Positions 1 through 9,750 of a DNA stretch of 64,000 nucleotides are shown piece by piece. The stretch is taken from positions 97,009 through 161,008 of the forward strand of contig CAYYTU010000001.1 of assembly GCA_964474655.1 (NCBI GenBank). Direction: 5' to 3'. Made by a program: the position numbers and the translations under genes. Each line of letters begins with the position of its first letter. The first letter of the stretch is position 1. The notes under the pieces were generated by a model. The model did not search any database. It was not told the origin of the DNA and worked only from the letters and a program-made list of their open reading frames with translations. The DNA comes from an uncultured Anaerolineales bacterium (GTDB lineage Bacteria; Chloroflexota; Anaerolineae; B4-G1).

Positions 1-46
1 GGAAGGGCGGAGGCGCGTCCGTCTGGTCGCTCGTCTTTCTGCCATT

Positions 47-452
47 CTATCCATCTTCACCTTCACCCTCACCTTCATCTTCGTCGGGTTTTCTGTCCAC
101 CAGTATCTCCTGGGAGGGCTTTTCGCCAATGGTCGGTTCCACAAACTCATTGGTCAGACGGATGGCCCCGAAGTTGCAGCTATCCTCGCATTGGCCACAG
201 CGGATGCAGCGATTGGGATAGTGGGTCAGGCGAAACTCGTCGCGGCTTTCCCGTTCCAGATCAAGCCCAAAGGCCGGGCAGTCTCGCACACAGGCGCCGC
301 AGCCTCGGCACTGGTCGGGTTCAATTCTGACCCGGCCCCTGAAGTGGAGGGGGATTTCGAGCGGCCCGAAGGGGAAATCGACGGTGATGACCTTCTTGAA
401 TAGTGTCTCCCACAGATGGGGCAACAAATAGATCAACGATTTCAATCGCGAC
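47..452 (-). CDS. nuoI: NADH-quinone oxidoreductase subunit I (2x[4Fe-4S] ferredoxin-type)
   Basis: C-terminal 135 aa of ORF 47..1330 carries two CxxCxxCxxxCP-type motifs (CRGCGACVRDCP, CIRCGQCEDSCN). ATG at 450-452 sits directly after the nuoH stop. The longer N-terminal extension overlaps nuoH in another frame and is rejected. Confidence 0.85.
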
Positions 453-453
453 A

Positions 454-1413
454 TCAGATCAATCCTATCATAATGGTCGCTGCAAGCTGGAGCAAGCCCA
501 GCGGGGCCAGGATGCGCCATCCCAGGCTGGCAAGCTGGTCGATGCGGAGCCGAGCGTAAAGCACGCTTGTCGTGGACAATGTCAGTAGCATAGCGAAGGC
601 CTTGAGGCCGAAGATCAACGCCCGGGCTGTGCCCAGGGGCATTGATCCCTGTAGAAGCGTCAGGTCGCCGCCGCCCAGGAAGATGTTGACCAGCAGGAAG
701 ATGCCCGCCACGGTCTGGATGTGGAGGGTGAGGTGCCAGAGGGCCAGCTTCCGCCCACTGAACTCGGTCAGCGGGCCGCCGACGACCTCCGATTTGGCTT
801 TGGGGATGTCGAAGGGCACCCGCTTCAGCTTGCCGATCAGTCCCACGATCGCCAGCAGGAAGCCGACTGGCTGCACGAAGACCATCCAACTGGCCTCCGC
901 TTGCTGGGCGATGATCTGGGAGATAGACCAGGAGCCGGTGAGGATGGCCGGGGCGCTGAGCGCCATCAGAAAAGGCACCTCGTAAGAGAAGTATTGGAGC
1001 ACGGAGCGACTGCCTCCGATGGCGCTGTAGACGCCGATGGAGACCCATCCCGCCAGGAAGTAGAAGAGGGCCGGAAGGCTGAGCAGGAACAGGACCACGA
1101 TCAGGTCGCCCTCGAAGGCGTAGACCACCCGGCCGCCCACCGGGATGTATAGAGCGGCGGTCAACACCGCTGCCAGGGCTACCAGCGGCAACGCGGTGCA
1201 GATCGGGCGGTCGGCGCCTCGCGGCAGCACGCTCTCCTTGGATAGGAGTTTGATCAGGTCGGCCAAGGGCTGGAACCATGGCGGTCCGACGCGGCCCTGG
1301 AGGCGGGCGATGATTCGGCGATCGATCCACTGGAAGATCATCGCGCAGGCGACCATGAACCCGAAGCCGGGGTAGATTAACACGGTGATCAGGACGAATA
1401 ACAGGTCTTTCAA
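454..1413 (-). CDS. nuoH: NADH-quinone oxidoreductase subunit H
   Basis: 319 aa multi-TM protein with a typical NuoH/ND1 N-terminus (FQWIDRRIIARLQGRVGPPWFQPLADLIKL). Confidence 0.9.
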   Translation of the reverse strand: MKDLLFVLITVLIYPGFGFMVACAMIFQWIDRRIIARLQGRVGPPWFQPLADLIKLLSKESVLPRGADRPICTALPLVALAAVLTAALYIPVGGRVVYAFEGDLIVVLFLLSLPALFYFLAGWVSIGVYSAIGGSRSVLQYFSYEVPFLMALSAPAILTGSWSISQIIAQQAEASWMVFVQPVGFLLAIVGLIGKLKRVPFDIPKAKSEVVGGPLTEFSGRKLALWHLTLHIQTVAGIFLLVNIFLGGGDLTLLQGSMPLGTARALIFGLKAFAMLLTLSTTSVLYARLRIDQLASLGWRILAPLGLLQLAATIMIGLI

Positions 1414-1432
1414 CAGAACCTCCTGGTCATTA

Positions 1433-2515
1433 TCATCGGTCGGCGCAAGCGATGCAGAGATCCACGCCGGAGAGCACGGCCGGCACGTCGGCTACGTTGA
1501 TGTCCTGGATCTGTTCGCGCAGCAGGCTCAGCGCCGGCAGCGTCGGAGTGCGGATCTTGATCCGCGCCGGCTTGTCGGTGCCGTCGCTGCGGATGTAGTA
1601 GATCACCTCGCCGCGCGGCGCTTCAGCGCGGCTGACCACCTCGCCCTCCGGTACCCTCCGACGGGCGCGGGTCGAGACCTCGCCCTCCGGCAGATCGTCC
1701 AGGATCTGATGGCATAGCGAGAGGCTCTCAATCACCTCTCGCACGCGCACGCGGGTAGCGGCCCAGACGTCGCCGCCTGGTTCTGTGATGACCTGGAAGG
1801 AGAGGCGATCGTATGCTGCGTAAGGGGCGTCTCGTCGCAGGTCTCGATCCATTCCCGCGGCGCGGGCCACTGGGCCGACGACACAATGGCGTCGTATCTG
1901 TTCCAGGGACGCTCGGCCCACGCCCTGGGTGCGGACTTGGAGCGTGCGCTCGTTTTCGACCACGTTGAGCAGTTTGTTGACTTGATCCTCCAGCTGGTCG
2001 AGGCGCTGGCGTAGCCCTTCCATCTGGGCGGGTTCGGGGTCTATGCGCACGCCGCCGATCACGTTGACCGCGTGAGCGATGCGCCCGCCGGAGAGATCCT
2101 CCATGATGTCCAGCACGATCTCCCGATCGCGCCAGGAGTACATGAAGATGGTGGTGAACCCGATATTTTCGGCCAGCACGCCCAACCAGAGCAGGTGGCT
2201 ATGAATCCGCTCCAGCTCGCAGAGCAGCGTGCGTAGGGCCAGCCCGCGCGGTGGGACCTCCAGTTCCAACAGGGCCTCCACACCTTGAGCGTAGGTGGTG
2301 GTATGGACGTGGGAGCAGATGCCGCAGACACGCTCCAGCAGGTGGAGGTTCTGGACGTAGTTCCGCTCCTGGGCCAGGCGCTCGATGCCGCGGTGCACGT
2401 AGCCCAGGCGCATTGTGCCTTCCACCACTCGTTCTCCCTCCGCTGTAAGGAAGAAGGAGAGCGGTTCCTTGAGCAGCGGGTGCTGAGGGCCGATGGGGAT
2501 GGTTATTTGGGTCAT
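1433..2515 (-). CDS. nuoD: NADH-quinone oxidoreductase subunit D (49 kDa)
   Basis: 360 aa with NuoD-like motifs (RLGYVHRGIE, CGICS, C-terminal DLCIACADR). ATGA start/stop overlap with nuoC. Confidence 0.9.
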   Translation of the reverse strand: MTQITIPIGPQHPLLKEPLSFFLTAEGERVVEGTMRLGYVHRGIERLAQERNYVQNLHLLERVCGICSHVHTTTYAQGVEALLELEVPPRGLALRTLLCELERIHSHLLWLGVLAENIGFTTIFMYSWRDREIVLDIMEDLSGGRIAHAVNVIGGVRIDPEPAQMEGLRQRLDQLEDQVNKLLNVVENERTLQVRTQGVGRASLEQIRRHCVVGPVARAAGMDRDLRRDAPYAAYDRLSFQVITEPGGDVWAATRVRVREVIESLSLCHQILDDLPEGEVSTRARRRVPEGEVVSRAEAPRGEVIYYIRSDGTDKPARIKIRTPTLPALSLLREQIQDINVADVPAVLSGVDLCIACADR

Positions 2516-3030
2516 GCTTCGTTCTCCTCGCTATTCTCCTCGTCTGATTCTTCTGCTGGCTCTCCTTCTGGCTCTTTCTCACGCATCGGTGGCCCTTGTT
2601 CCCAATCGTCCGGCAGCAGGAGATGCTCCGGGCCGGGATGTCCCTGGAACGTCACATCCAGCATCTCGCCCACCTCCCGCTCGTAGAAGTCGGCGCCGGG
2701 GATGATCTCGGTCAGTGTGCTTATCTGCGCGTCCTCCCGTGGCAGTTTCACTTGCAATGTGATACCGCGCTCGTGCCAGAAGTGATATAGTAGCTCTATC
2801 TCCGTTCCTCTGTCCTGACCAGAGATGGTGGAGAGGTGGTGAATTGAAGGCGTCTCAAGCAGCAGGGCGACTATCTTTTCCAGGCACTCGGCCGGAATCT
2901 CGATGACAATTTCGTCGACGGGGATAACATGGGCTTCGAACGTCTGGTCTGGACACGCCTGGTGAAGGGCATCCAATAGGGCTTTCTTCTCCATCGCAGT
3001 CTTGTCTCCTCCTGCTAACTGTTCAGGCAT
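2512..3030 (-). CDS. nuoC: NADH-quinone oxidoreductase subunit C (30 kDa)
   Basis: NuoC-like (ELLYHFWHERGITLQVKLPRED, FQGHPGPEHLLLPDDW). Start chosen at the ATG (MPEQ) preceded by GAGGAA. Acidic C-terminal tail. Confidence 0.8.
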   Translation of the reverse strand: MPEQLAGGDKTAMEKKALLDALHQACPDQTFEAHVIPVDEIVIEIPAECLEKIVALLLETPSIHHLSTISGQDRGTEIELLYHFWHERGITLQVKLPREDAQISTLTEIIPGADFYEREVGEMLDVTFQGHPGPEHLLLPDDWEQGPPMREKEPEGEPAEESDEENSEENEA

Positions 3031-3553
3031 CTTGTTCCTCGATCTTGGTGCGGCCATGTTCTTCGCTGAAGGTAAAGTCCATCTCCTCCGTTTCCGCAGG
3101 GTCTATGCCAATCTCTTCCTGATCCTTGGTGCCCTCAATTTCCTCCAGCAACTTGGCCAGCCCCGAAATGATCGCTTCTGGTCGGGTGGGGCAGCCGGGG
3201 ATGTAGACATCCACCGGTATGACTTGGTCCACGCCTCCCATCATGTTGTAGCTGCCCTGGAAAGCGCCTCCCGAGCAGGCGCAGGTGCCCACGGCCACCA
3301 CCCACTTGGGCTCGGGCATCTGCTCGTAGATGCGGCGCAGGCGGTCACGCGATTGGCGCGTCACCGGTCCGGTGACCAGCAGGATGTCGGCGTGGCGCGG
3401 CGATGCCTCTTTGAGGATTCCTAGCCGTTCCACATCGTAGCGGGGGGTGAGTAGATCCAGGATCTCGATATCACAGCCGTTGCAGCCTCCGCTGTTGAAG
3501 TGGAGTACCCATGGCGAGCGGCGACGGGCCCACTTCAAAATTCGCTTAATCAT
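3023..3553 (-). CDS. nuoB: NADH-quinone oxidoreductase subunit B (20 kDa, N2 cluster)
   Basis: NuoB signatures: GCNGCDIE, GTCACSGG and YIPGCPTRPEAI cysteine motifs. Confidence 0.9.
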   Translation of the reverse strand: MIKRILKWARRRSPWVLHFNSGGCNGCDIEILDLLTPRYDVERLGILKEASPRHADILLVTGPVTRQSRDRLRRIYEQMPEPKWVVAVGTCACSGGAFQGSYNMMGGVDQVIPVDVYIPGCPTRPEAIISGLAKLLEEIEGTKDQEEIGIDPAETEEMDFTFSEEHGRTKIEEQDA

Positions 3554-3888
3554 TATACATCCCCCTCTTCAATCAGCACCAGCACGCTAATGGCAATCCC
3601 GGCCAGGTAGATTAACCCGCCGGGCCGAAATGCATTCTGCCCTGGCAGGGTAGAGACAGTCAGCGTCGCTATGTGGAGAACGCTGAACATCAAGGCCAGC
3701 CGGAAGAAGGAATGGTAGGCTAGCTTAATTGGAGCGGGCCTTAGGTCCTCACCGCAGGCGTACGGTTCTTCTTTGCCTGGGTGGTCCTCTCCGTGGGCGG
3801 CCAAGGCGCGTCCCAGGCGATAGAGCCCGTAACCCAGTCCCAAATACATAAGCATGACGACGGGGGGACTAAGCAAGATATTTTTCAT
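3553..3888 (-). CDS. nuoA: NADH-quinone oxidoreductase subunit A
   Basis: 111 aa, 3-TM small membrane subunit immediately upstream of nuoB. Start overlaps the nuoB... boundary by 1 nt. Confidence 0.8.
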   Translation of the reverse strand: MKNILLSPPVVMLMYLGLGYGLYRLGRALAAHGEDHPGKEEPYACGEDLRPAPIKLAYHSFFRLALMFSVLHIATLTVSTLPGQNAFRPGGLIYLAGIAISVLVLIEEGDV

Positions 3889-3891
3889 CGT

Positions 3892-5391
3892 TTACCTCCC
3901 CAGCAGGTAAGGGCCGACGCTGCCCATCCAATTCCACCACGGTCCCGGCGAAAGTCCGATAGCTATTACCAGGGATGCGCCCGCGATGAGGGGGAGGGCC
4001 ATCCAGGGCGAGATGCGAATGCGTCCAGTCGCTTCTTCCTCTGGATTGGGTGCTGTGAAGAGCCGCGCGATCAGGGGCAGGTAGTAGCCCAGCGAGACCA
4101 GGCTGTTCAGTAAGAAGATAGCTAGCCCCACGTAGGCCAGCGGCTCTCCCGGTTGTAGAGCCTCGCCCAGGATGAACCATTTGGAGATGAAGCCCGCCAG
4201 CGGCGGCACCCCGGCCAACCCTCCCAGGGCCACGCTGAACGTCATAGCCACCAAAGGCAATCGCGCCGCTGTGCCCTGGAGCTCGGCAATGGTGGTGGTC
4301 TTGAGGTGGAAGTAGCTTACTCCTTTGCTCAGGAATGCCAGGGCCTTCATCACGGCGTGGCTCAGAAGCAAGAAGAAGCCGGCCTGAATAGCCTCTGGTA
4401 TATCATAGCGTAGGCCGATTCCAATACCAAACACCATATAGCCTACCTGGGCGATGGTCGAATAGCCCAGCAGCCGTTTCGTGTCGGTTTGTGCCAGCGC
4501 AATAGTGTTCCCCAGGGTCATATTTGCCAGAGAGATGGCGATCAAGGTCCCGCCCAGCGCCTCTGGGGTCATCCCGACGCCTAGACAGACCTTTAGTAGG
4601 GCGTAAAGTGTGCTCTGGATGATAATTCCAGAGAGCATAGCGCTGATGCTGCTGGGCGCTTTCCCATGTGCGTCCGGCAGCCAGGTATGCAATGGCACCA
4701 GCGCACTCTTCACTCCCAGCCCGACCAGGAAGAAGGCTAACCCAACGCGGGTCTCGGCTCCTAATGAGCCTTGTGACGCGAGGGCGATCGGTGGCAGGAC
4801 TGTGGTTCCTCGCTCCCAGTAGATAAGCGCTACGCCAGCCAGGAAGAACAGCGTACCTACGCTGCCCATCACCAGATATTTGAAACCGGCCTCAATGGCG
4901 GTTCGGCTATGTCTGCGAAAAGCGACTAAGATGTACGCGGCGATACTCATCAACTCACAGAAGATATAGAGGGTAAATAGATCCGCTGCCAGCACGACGC
5001 CGCTCAAGCCGACCACCATCAGCAACAGGAGGGGATAGTAGAGCTTGTGCCGGGGGTCCAAAGTGAGGTAGCGCCCGGAATAGATCGATGCCATACTCCC
5101 CAATCCCAGGGCGACTGCGATGATCACCAGCGCGCCGGGGTCGGCTTGCAGGATGGCGTTTCCTGATTCCACGCTTCTCCACGTCGGTAGTGAGCCGCCG
5201 ACCTGGACTGAATTGCGGGCGGCAAGTCCGAGCGGCACGAGGGTTGCCGATGCCAGGCCGAAGACGAAGGTGGTGAGAGACGCCAGCCAGGTATTGCGGC
5301 CCGTGAGGAGGCGCGCCACCAGATAGATGCCAAACGCTCCCCCTCCCAGGCAGAGCAGCGGGAGGAGGATCCATGTTCCGTCGTTCACCAC
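3892..5391 (-). CDS. nuoN: NADH-quinone oxidoreductase subunit N (antiporter-like)
   Basis: About 500 aa polytopic protein of the Mrp/NuoLMN family. GTG start (VVNDGTW) preceded by GGGAGG, chosen to avoid overlap with nuoM. The ORF-track ATG start lies further upstream. Confidence 0.8.
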   Translation of the reverse strand: MVNDGTWILLPLLCLGGGAFGIYLVARLLTGRNTWLASLTTFVFGLASATLVPLGLAARNSVQVGGSLPTWRSVESGNAILQADPGALVIIAVALGLGSMASIYSGRYLTLDPRHKLYYPLLLLMVVGLSGVVLAADLFTLYIFCELMSIAAYILVAFRRHSRTAIEAGFKYLVMGSVGTLFFLAGVALIYWERGTTVLPPIALASQGSLGAETRVGLAFFLVGLGVKSALVPLHTWLPDAHGKAPSSISAMLSGIIIQSTLYALLKVCLGVGMTPEALGGTLIAISLANMTLGNTIALAQTDTKRLLGYSTIAQVGYMVFGIGIGLRYDIPEAIQAGFFLLLSHAVMKALAFLSKGVSYFHLKTTTIAELQGTAARLPLVAMTFSVALGGLAGVPPLAGFISKWFILGEALQPGEPLAYVGLAIFLLNSLVSLGYYLPLIARLFTAPNPEEEATGRIRISPWMALPLIAGASLVIAIGLSPGPWWNWMGSVGPYLLGR

Positions 5392-6854
5392 GCACCTCCC
5401 AGGATCAAAGGCAGCTCGTGGACCACCCAATCGGAGAGCATGGCCGGGAAGATACCCTCAATCAGCGTCAAAGCGGTCAGCAGCACCGATGGCGCGACAA
5501 TGGCCCAATGGGGCTTCTTCGTGGTGAGACCCTCCGGTAAGGCCCCAAAGAATATCTCGATCATCAGCTGCACCGCATAGACCACGGTCAGCAGCGAGCC
5601 CAGCAGCGTGACGACGGAGAGTCCGACGTGGGCGGTGTGGAATCCTCCGGAGAAGATCATCCACTCGCTGTTGAATATGCCCAGGGGCGGCATGCCGGCG
5701 ATGGCTAACGCACCCAATCCCATACAGATCGCAGCCGTGGGCATTTGATTCCCCAAGCCTCCCAGCTCCGTGATAAGGCGTCGCCCGGTGCTTTTAAGGA
5801 CCCATCCCGCTCCCATAAACAGAAGCGCCTTGACGATGGCGTGGTAGACGACGTGAAGCGTGGCGCCTGTGATCCCGTCGGCGGTCAGAGTCCCCAGGCC
5901 AAAGAGGATATATCCCATCTGGCTCACGCTGGAATAGGCGATGATGCGCTTGATGTCTTTCTCTGCCAGCGCCATCAATGCCCCGTATATTTCGGAGAAG
6001 ACACCTCCTATCATCATAGGGAGGGCAAAGTTGGTCATCTCCGCTCGGGAGAAGATGCTCAACGGGAAACGCAAGATGCCATAGGTGCCCATGCTGAGCA
6101 TAGCGGCGGCCAACATAATCGTCACTGGCATAGGAGCAACGGTGTGAGCGTCTGGTAACCAGAGGTGGACCGGGAAGACGGCCATCTTGACGCAGAAGCC
6201 TACCAGGAAAAGCCCAATGATTGTCTTCGTCAGGCCGGGGGATAGGGATATGCCGGCCCGCAGGGCCGAGAATTTATCGGTCCCAGTGGCGTCATAGAGC
6301 ATGATCAATCCCACTAAAACTAACAGCGACCCTAGATGGGTGAAGATGAAATATTTAAGCGCTATCGGCCCTCTCCGTTCGCCTTCTCCCCAGACGAGGA
6401 TGAGAATGGACGAAGCAATTAACATCAGCTCCCAGAAGACATAGAAGAGCACCATATCGTCAGCCAGGGTGGTGCCAGACATTCCGACTGCAAAAAGGAG
6501 CAGCAGGGCGTAGAAGGTGCCACTGCGCTCGTCATGTTTATGGTACCCCCAGCTGTAGATGATGGCGACCAGGGTCACCGCGGCTTCTGTGATCAGGAAG
6601 GGGAAGGTAAGCCAATCTACGTGCAAGTCGAACTCTATGCCCACCGCAGGGATCCAGGATATGGCTATTGGAGGCACCTCACCGCGGTAGAGCGCTGGAA
6701 GCATAGTCAACGTGGTCACCAGCGTGATAGCGGCGCTTGCCCCGGCGATCCAGCCAGCGAAACGAGTGCTCCTTCCGCGTAACAAGAAGAGTACCACTGT
6801 GGTGGCAAGCGGTACAACCAGAATGCTCAGCAGTCCTATTGCTTCTGCAGTCAT
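5385..6854 (-). CDS. nuoM: NADH-quinone oxidoreductase subunit M (antiporter-like)
   Basis: Typical NuoM/ND4 sequence (WLPDAHTVAPMPVT, KRIIAYSSVSQMGY). Start at MTAEAIG, preceded by GGGAG 8 nt upstream. Confidence 0.85.
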   Translation of the reverse strand: MTAEAIGLLSILVVPLATTVVLFLLRGRSTRFAGWIAGASAAITLVTTLTMLPALYRGEVPPIAISWIPAVGIEFDLHVDWLTFPFLITEAAVTLVAIIYSWGYHKHDERSGTFYALLLLFAVGMSGTTLADDMVLFYVFWELMLIASSILILVWGEGERRGPIALKYFIFTHLGSLLVLVGLIMLYDATGTDKFSALRAGISLSPGLTKTIIGLFLVGFCVKMAVFPVHLWLPDAHTVAPMPVTIMLAAAMLSMGTYGILRFPLSIFSRAEMTNFALPMMIGGVFSEIYGALMALAEKDIKRIIAYSSVSQMGYILFGLGTLTADGITGATLHVVYHAIVKALLFMGAGWVLKSTGRRLITELGGLGNQMPTAAICMGLGALAIAGMPPLGIFNSEWMIFSGGFHTAHVGLSVVTLLGSLLTVVYAVQLMIEIFFGALPEGLTTKKPHWAIVAPSVLLTALTLIEGIFPAMLSDWVVHELPLILGGAW

Positions 6855-6882
6855 AAGTGTTTCTCCCATTGTCAGCCGGCGG

Positions 6883-8694
6883 CTACCAGCAGGTCAGGGT
6901 TACCACCAGCGCCAGCATCAGGCTCAAGGGTATCCACATCAAGTTGTGGCGCAGCAGGCCGGTGTGGTAGCGCCTTGTCTCCCGGCTGAGCGCCAATACT
7001 CCTTGCGTTGTGCGCTTGATAATGCCTTCCAGCCCCTCTTGCTCCACGAAGCGGTAGATGATGCGAGATCCATCCACGACGGCCTGCACGCTCAGTACGA
7101 TGAGTTGCTCCAGGAAGCCCACCTCGACGATGGCGCGTAAGGCTTGGGCGGCATGCGCCAGTCCTTCTTGTAGATCGTACGTGGTCTCGATCTGTTCTCC
7201 AGCCGCAGGGCCTGGCATTTGTAGCTTGATGCGAGATCGTTTTTGCATACGCCACAGGAAGAGAACCAGCGTCATAATCAGCAGCAGAGCCGGGGTAAAG
7301 ACGAGATAACGCAAGAGGGTGCTCAGCGTGGGGACCGGAGGGGGAGCATAGCCGGCTATATCGACTAGCCGACGGGACAGCGGGCCGGCGGTCGAGGTGC
7401 CGATCAGCACTACCAGGCCTAATGTCCCTACTGCTGCCCATCGACCGATGGAGCTGGAAGCACCTTCGGTCGTTTCGGGTGAGCGTGACGCTTCGCGCAC
7501 GGCCCAGACCGTCAACAAGGCGACGGCGGCCTCAGCGACGAAGAGGGCATCCAGAGGTGCCCCTCTCTGCCGCGCCCACCAGGTGATCAGCAATCCGGAG
7601 GCGGCCAGGGCCAGACCGGCCAGGGCAAATAGCCCCTGCATCGCTCGCCCCGGGAGAGAAGTTTCTCCTCTCTCTGGTGCTTCCCCGGTCAGGAAAAGTA
7701 GAATCTGGAGCGGCGTCGTCGCCAGCAACCCCAGCCACACGACCACTTTCATACCGGAGGCTGCGGCGAAGACCAGCAGCCCACCCCGGGCCGCGGCGAT
7801 GTAGATCAGGGCGCTGCGCAGATCGCGGCGAGTCAGGGCCGTGAGCACAGCCAACATTGCAGCGCCGGCTCCCAGCCACAGGATGAGTGTCTCTACTGCC
7901 GCGTTGGGTGTCAGGAGGGATGTGACGCGGTAGAGCAGGTATACGCCCAGATTGGGCATAACGGTGGTGAAGAGCCATGCCTGAGTGTTCGCCGCGAGGG
8001 AGCGCCCCCAGCCGATCCACAGGTGGAGCGGCCAGTTGCCGAGTTTGACCCAGACAGCCAGCAGCAAGCCGAAGACGACCCATCCTATGCCCGGTGCAGC
8101 CAGTGCGTCGGCTGCCTGGAGCGCCGGGGTGATCTCAAGGGTCCCGCTGGCGTCGAACAGGATCAGAATGGCGCTGAGCAATCCTACGTCGCCCAGACGC
8201 AGCACCACGTAAATGAGCCAGAACCCTCGCCCTCCTCGGTCGCTGCGCAGCTCGACCAGCGGCGCCAGGGCGATGGAGAGCGCCACAATCTCCAGGGCCA
8301 CGTAGCGGGCCAGGAAGTGCTCGGTGAGGAAGGCTACGCTGGACGCCGCCAACGCCGATAACATCAGGGCCAGCGAAAGTGGAGGCACTTCCGTGTCAGT
8401 CGAAGTAGTCCCCAGCAGGGCCAGAAACGCGGCCCAGGTGGTAACCAGCGCGGCGTACAAACCGGTGGGGCCCAGGCCAAAGGCCATCGGGCCGGTTCCG
8501 GGCAGCCATTCCAGGGTTAGATTGGGATCTTCTCCAGCCAGAGGTAGCAGCGCTGTGGCGCACAAAGCCGTCGCGGCGCTCGCGAAGAGGGCCACTCCTC
8601 TTGCTGAGCGTGGGGAGCGGCGCAGGAAGAGCACGATCACCAGGCTGGTCAAGAACGGTAATCCGAAGAGGGCCACGAGTAACTCGTTGCTCAT
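6883..8694 (-). CDS. nuoL: NADH-quinone oxidoreductase subunit L-like (divergent antiporter-like subunit with C-terminal lateral helix)
   Basis: 603 aa in the position of nuoL. RLGDVGLL motif. The C-terminal amphipathic stretch plus final TM resembles the NuoL HL helix. Otherwise divergent; the GWEGVGL-type motif is absent. Confidence 0.7.
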   Translation of the reverse strand: MSNELLVALFGLPFLTSLVIVLFLRRSPRSARGVALFASAATALCATALLPLAGEDPNLTLEWLPGTGPMAFGLGPTGLYAALVTTWAAFLALLGTTSTDTEVPPLSLALMLSALAASSVAFLTEHFLARYVALEIVALSIALAPLVELRSDRGGRGFWLIYVVLRLGDVGLLSAILILFDASGTLEITPALQAADALAAPGIGWVVFGLLLAVWVKLGNWPLHLWIGWGRSLAANTQAWLFTTVMPNLGVYLLYRVTSLLTPNAAVETLILWLGAGAAMLAVLTALTRRDLRSALIYIAAARGGLLVFAAASGMKVVVWLGLLATTPLQILLFLTGEAPERGETSLPGRAMQGLFALAGLALAASGLLITWWARQRGAPLDALFVAEAAVALLTVWAVREASRSPETTEGASSSIGRWAAVGTLGLVVLIGTSTAGPLSRRLVDIAGYAPPPVPTLSTLLRYLVFTPALLLIMTLVLFLWRMQKRSRIKLQMPGPAAGEQIETTYDLQEGLAHAAQALRAIVEVGFLEQLIVLSVQAVVDGSRIIYRFVEQEGLEGIIKRTTQGVLALSRETRRYHTGLLRHNLMWIPLSLMLALVVTLTCW

Positions 8695-8695
8695 A

Positions 8696-8998
8696 TCAGC
8701 CTCGCAGCCTGTCCAGCTCGTCTATGTCCCCGGAGGGATAGTACTCGTAGATGTTGATGAGCAAGGCCAGCGCGACGGCGATCAGGATAGTCTCGACCAC
8801 TAAGGCGGAGATGGCGATGCTTTGTACGGTGTAGAGATCTCCTTTGACGTGGCCCTGGTAGATCAGGATTAGCGTCACGCCTTGTAACATAATTTTGAGC
8901 CCGATCACCTGTTTAATGGCTTCGCGCTGAGTGAGCAGGCAGCCCAGTCCCAGCAAGAATATCAGCCCGCTCCCGGAGAAGAAGATTATTTCTTCCAT
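8696..8998 (-). CDS. nuoK: NADH-quinone oxidoreductase subunit K (4L)
   Basis: 100 aa, 3-TM. Real start MEEIIFF lies inside the longer ORF 8696..9160. Confidence 0.85.
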   Translation of the reverse strand: MEEIIFFSGSGLIFLLGLGCLLTQREAIKQVIGLKIMLQGVTLILIYQGHVKGDLYTVQSIAISALVVETILIAVALALLINIYEYYPSGDIDELDRLRG

Positions 8999-9000
8999 AC

Positions 9001-9478
9001 CTACCTCTCTTTTTGTCCCTCTTCTGGGGGCATAAGTGCTGCTATGCCGAGTGCACCGGCGAACATAAGCCCCACCTGGACGGCAACGTCGAGTTCCCTG
9101 TATTCCCACCACCAGGCACGGAACGACATTGTCGGTGGGGTTTGGGGGCTCCAAACCCATCGGCCCACCAGGATGCCTGTTGTCAGTAGCACCGCCAGGA
9201 GGATGGCCCAGAAGCCAAATCTACGGCGCATTGCTCCCCCCTCGCATTGATTCCGTGAGGCTGATGACCACTATGAAGAGCACGCTGATCAACCCAGCGC
9301 CCACGCTGAGCTCGAATGCTCCTGCAAACGGTGCGTCCAGGTAAAAGAACAACGCGGCCAGAGCGGCGCTGCTGATTCCCAGCGCCACCGCTGACCGTAG
9401 CAGATTCTTGGAAATGACTGCTGCGAAAGCGCCGCTAACCACCGTCAGCAGCAGAATCATCGTAACCCAAAGGTTCAT
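9001..9478 (-). CDS. nuoJ: NADH-quinone oxidoreductase subunit J, split by a -1/+1 frameshift in a G6 run at 9226-9231
   Basis: N-terminal 85 aa (MNLWVTMILLLTVVSGAFAAV...ESMRGGSNAP*) and a C-terminal 76-aa ORF (MRRRFGFWAILLAV...) together make a full-length NuoJ. The two overlap by 11 nt. Removing one G from GGGGGG restores a single ~160-aa reading frame. GGAGG lies 6 nt before the ATG at 9478. Confidence 0.65.
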
Positions 9479-9750
9479 CCCTGGCCTCCATCTTCTATCT
9501 TGCGGCTTGCGCTGCGATTCCGCGCTCCATCGTACGTCTCGGCATCTCTGTTGCCGCTTCCAATTATCCCGCCAGCAGACCTCCCCCGATGAAAAGTTTT
9601 GGTCGGGAGACTGGGCAAAGGAGGGATGGGATGCGGCAGAGATCAAATGATGGTTGTTATTCTATCATATGAGATGAACGGCGCAACTCAACGATTAAGG
9701 GAGAGGTTAGGGGGTCTGATCGAGATACGGTAGTTGCGGCGACCGTCGGC

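Noticed and set aside
47-1330. 427-aa ORF extending far upstream of nuoI.
   Set aside because: Only the C-terminal 135 aa are NuoI-like. The extension overlaps nuoH in another frame and is Pro/Arg/Gly-rich.
2059-2582. Nested and overlapping ORFs within the nuo genes (2059..2331, 2199..2582, 4955..5395, 7532..8083 and others).
   Set aside because: They are contained within or antisense to nuo genes that carry clear family signatures. Their composition is low-complexity.
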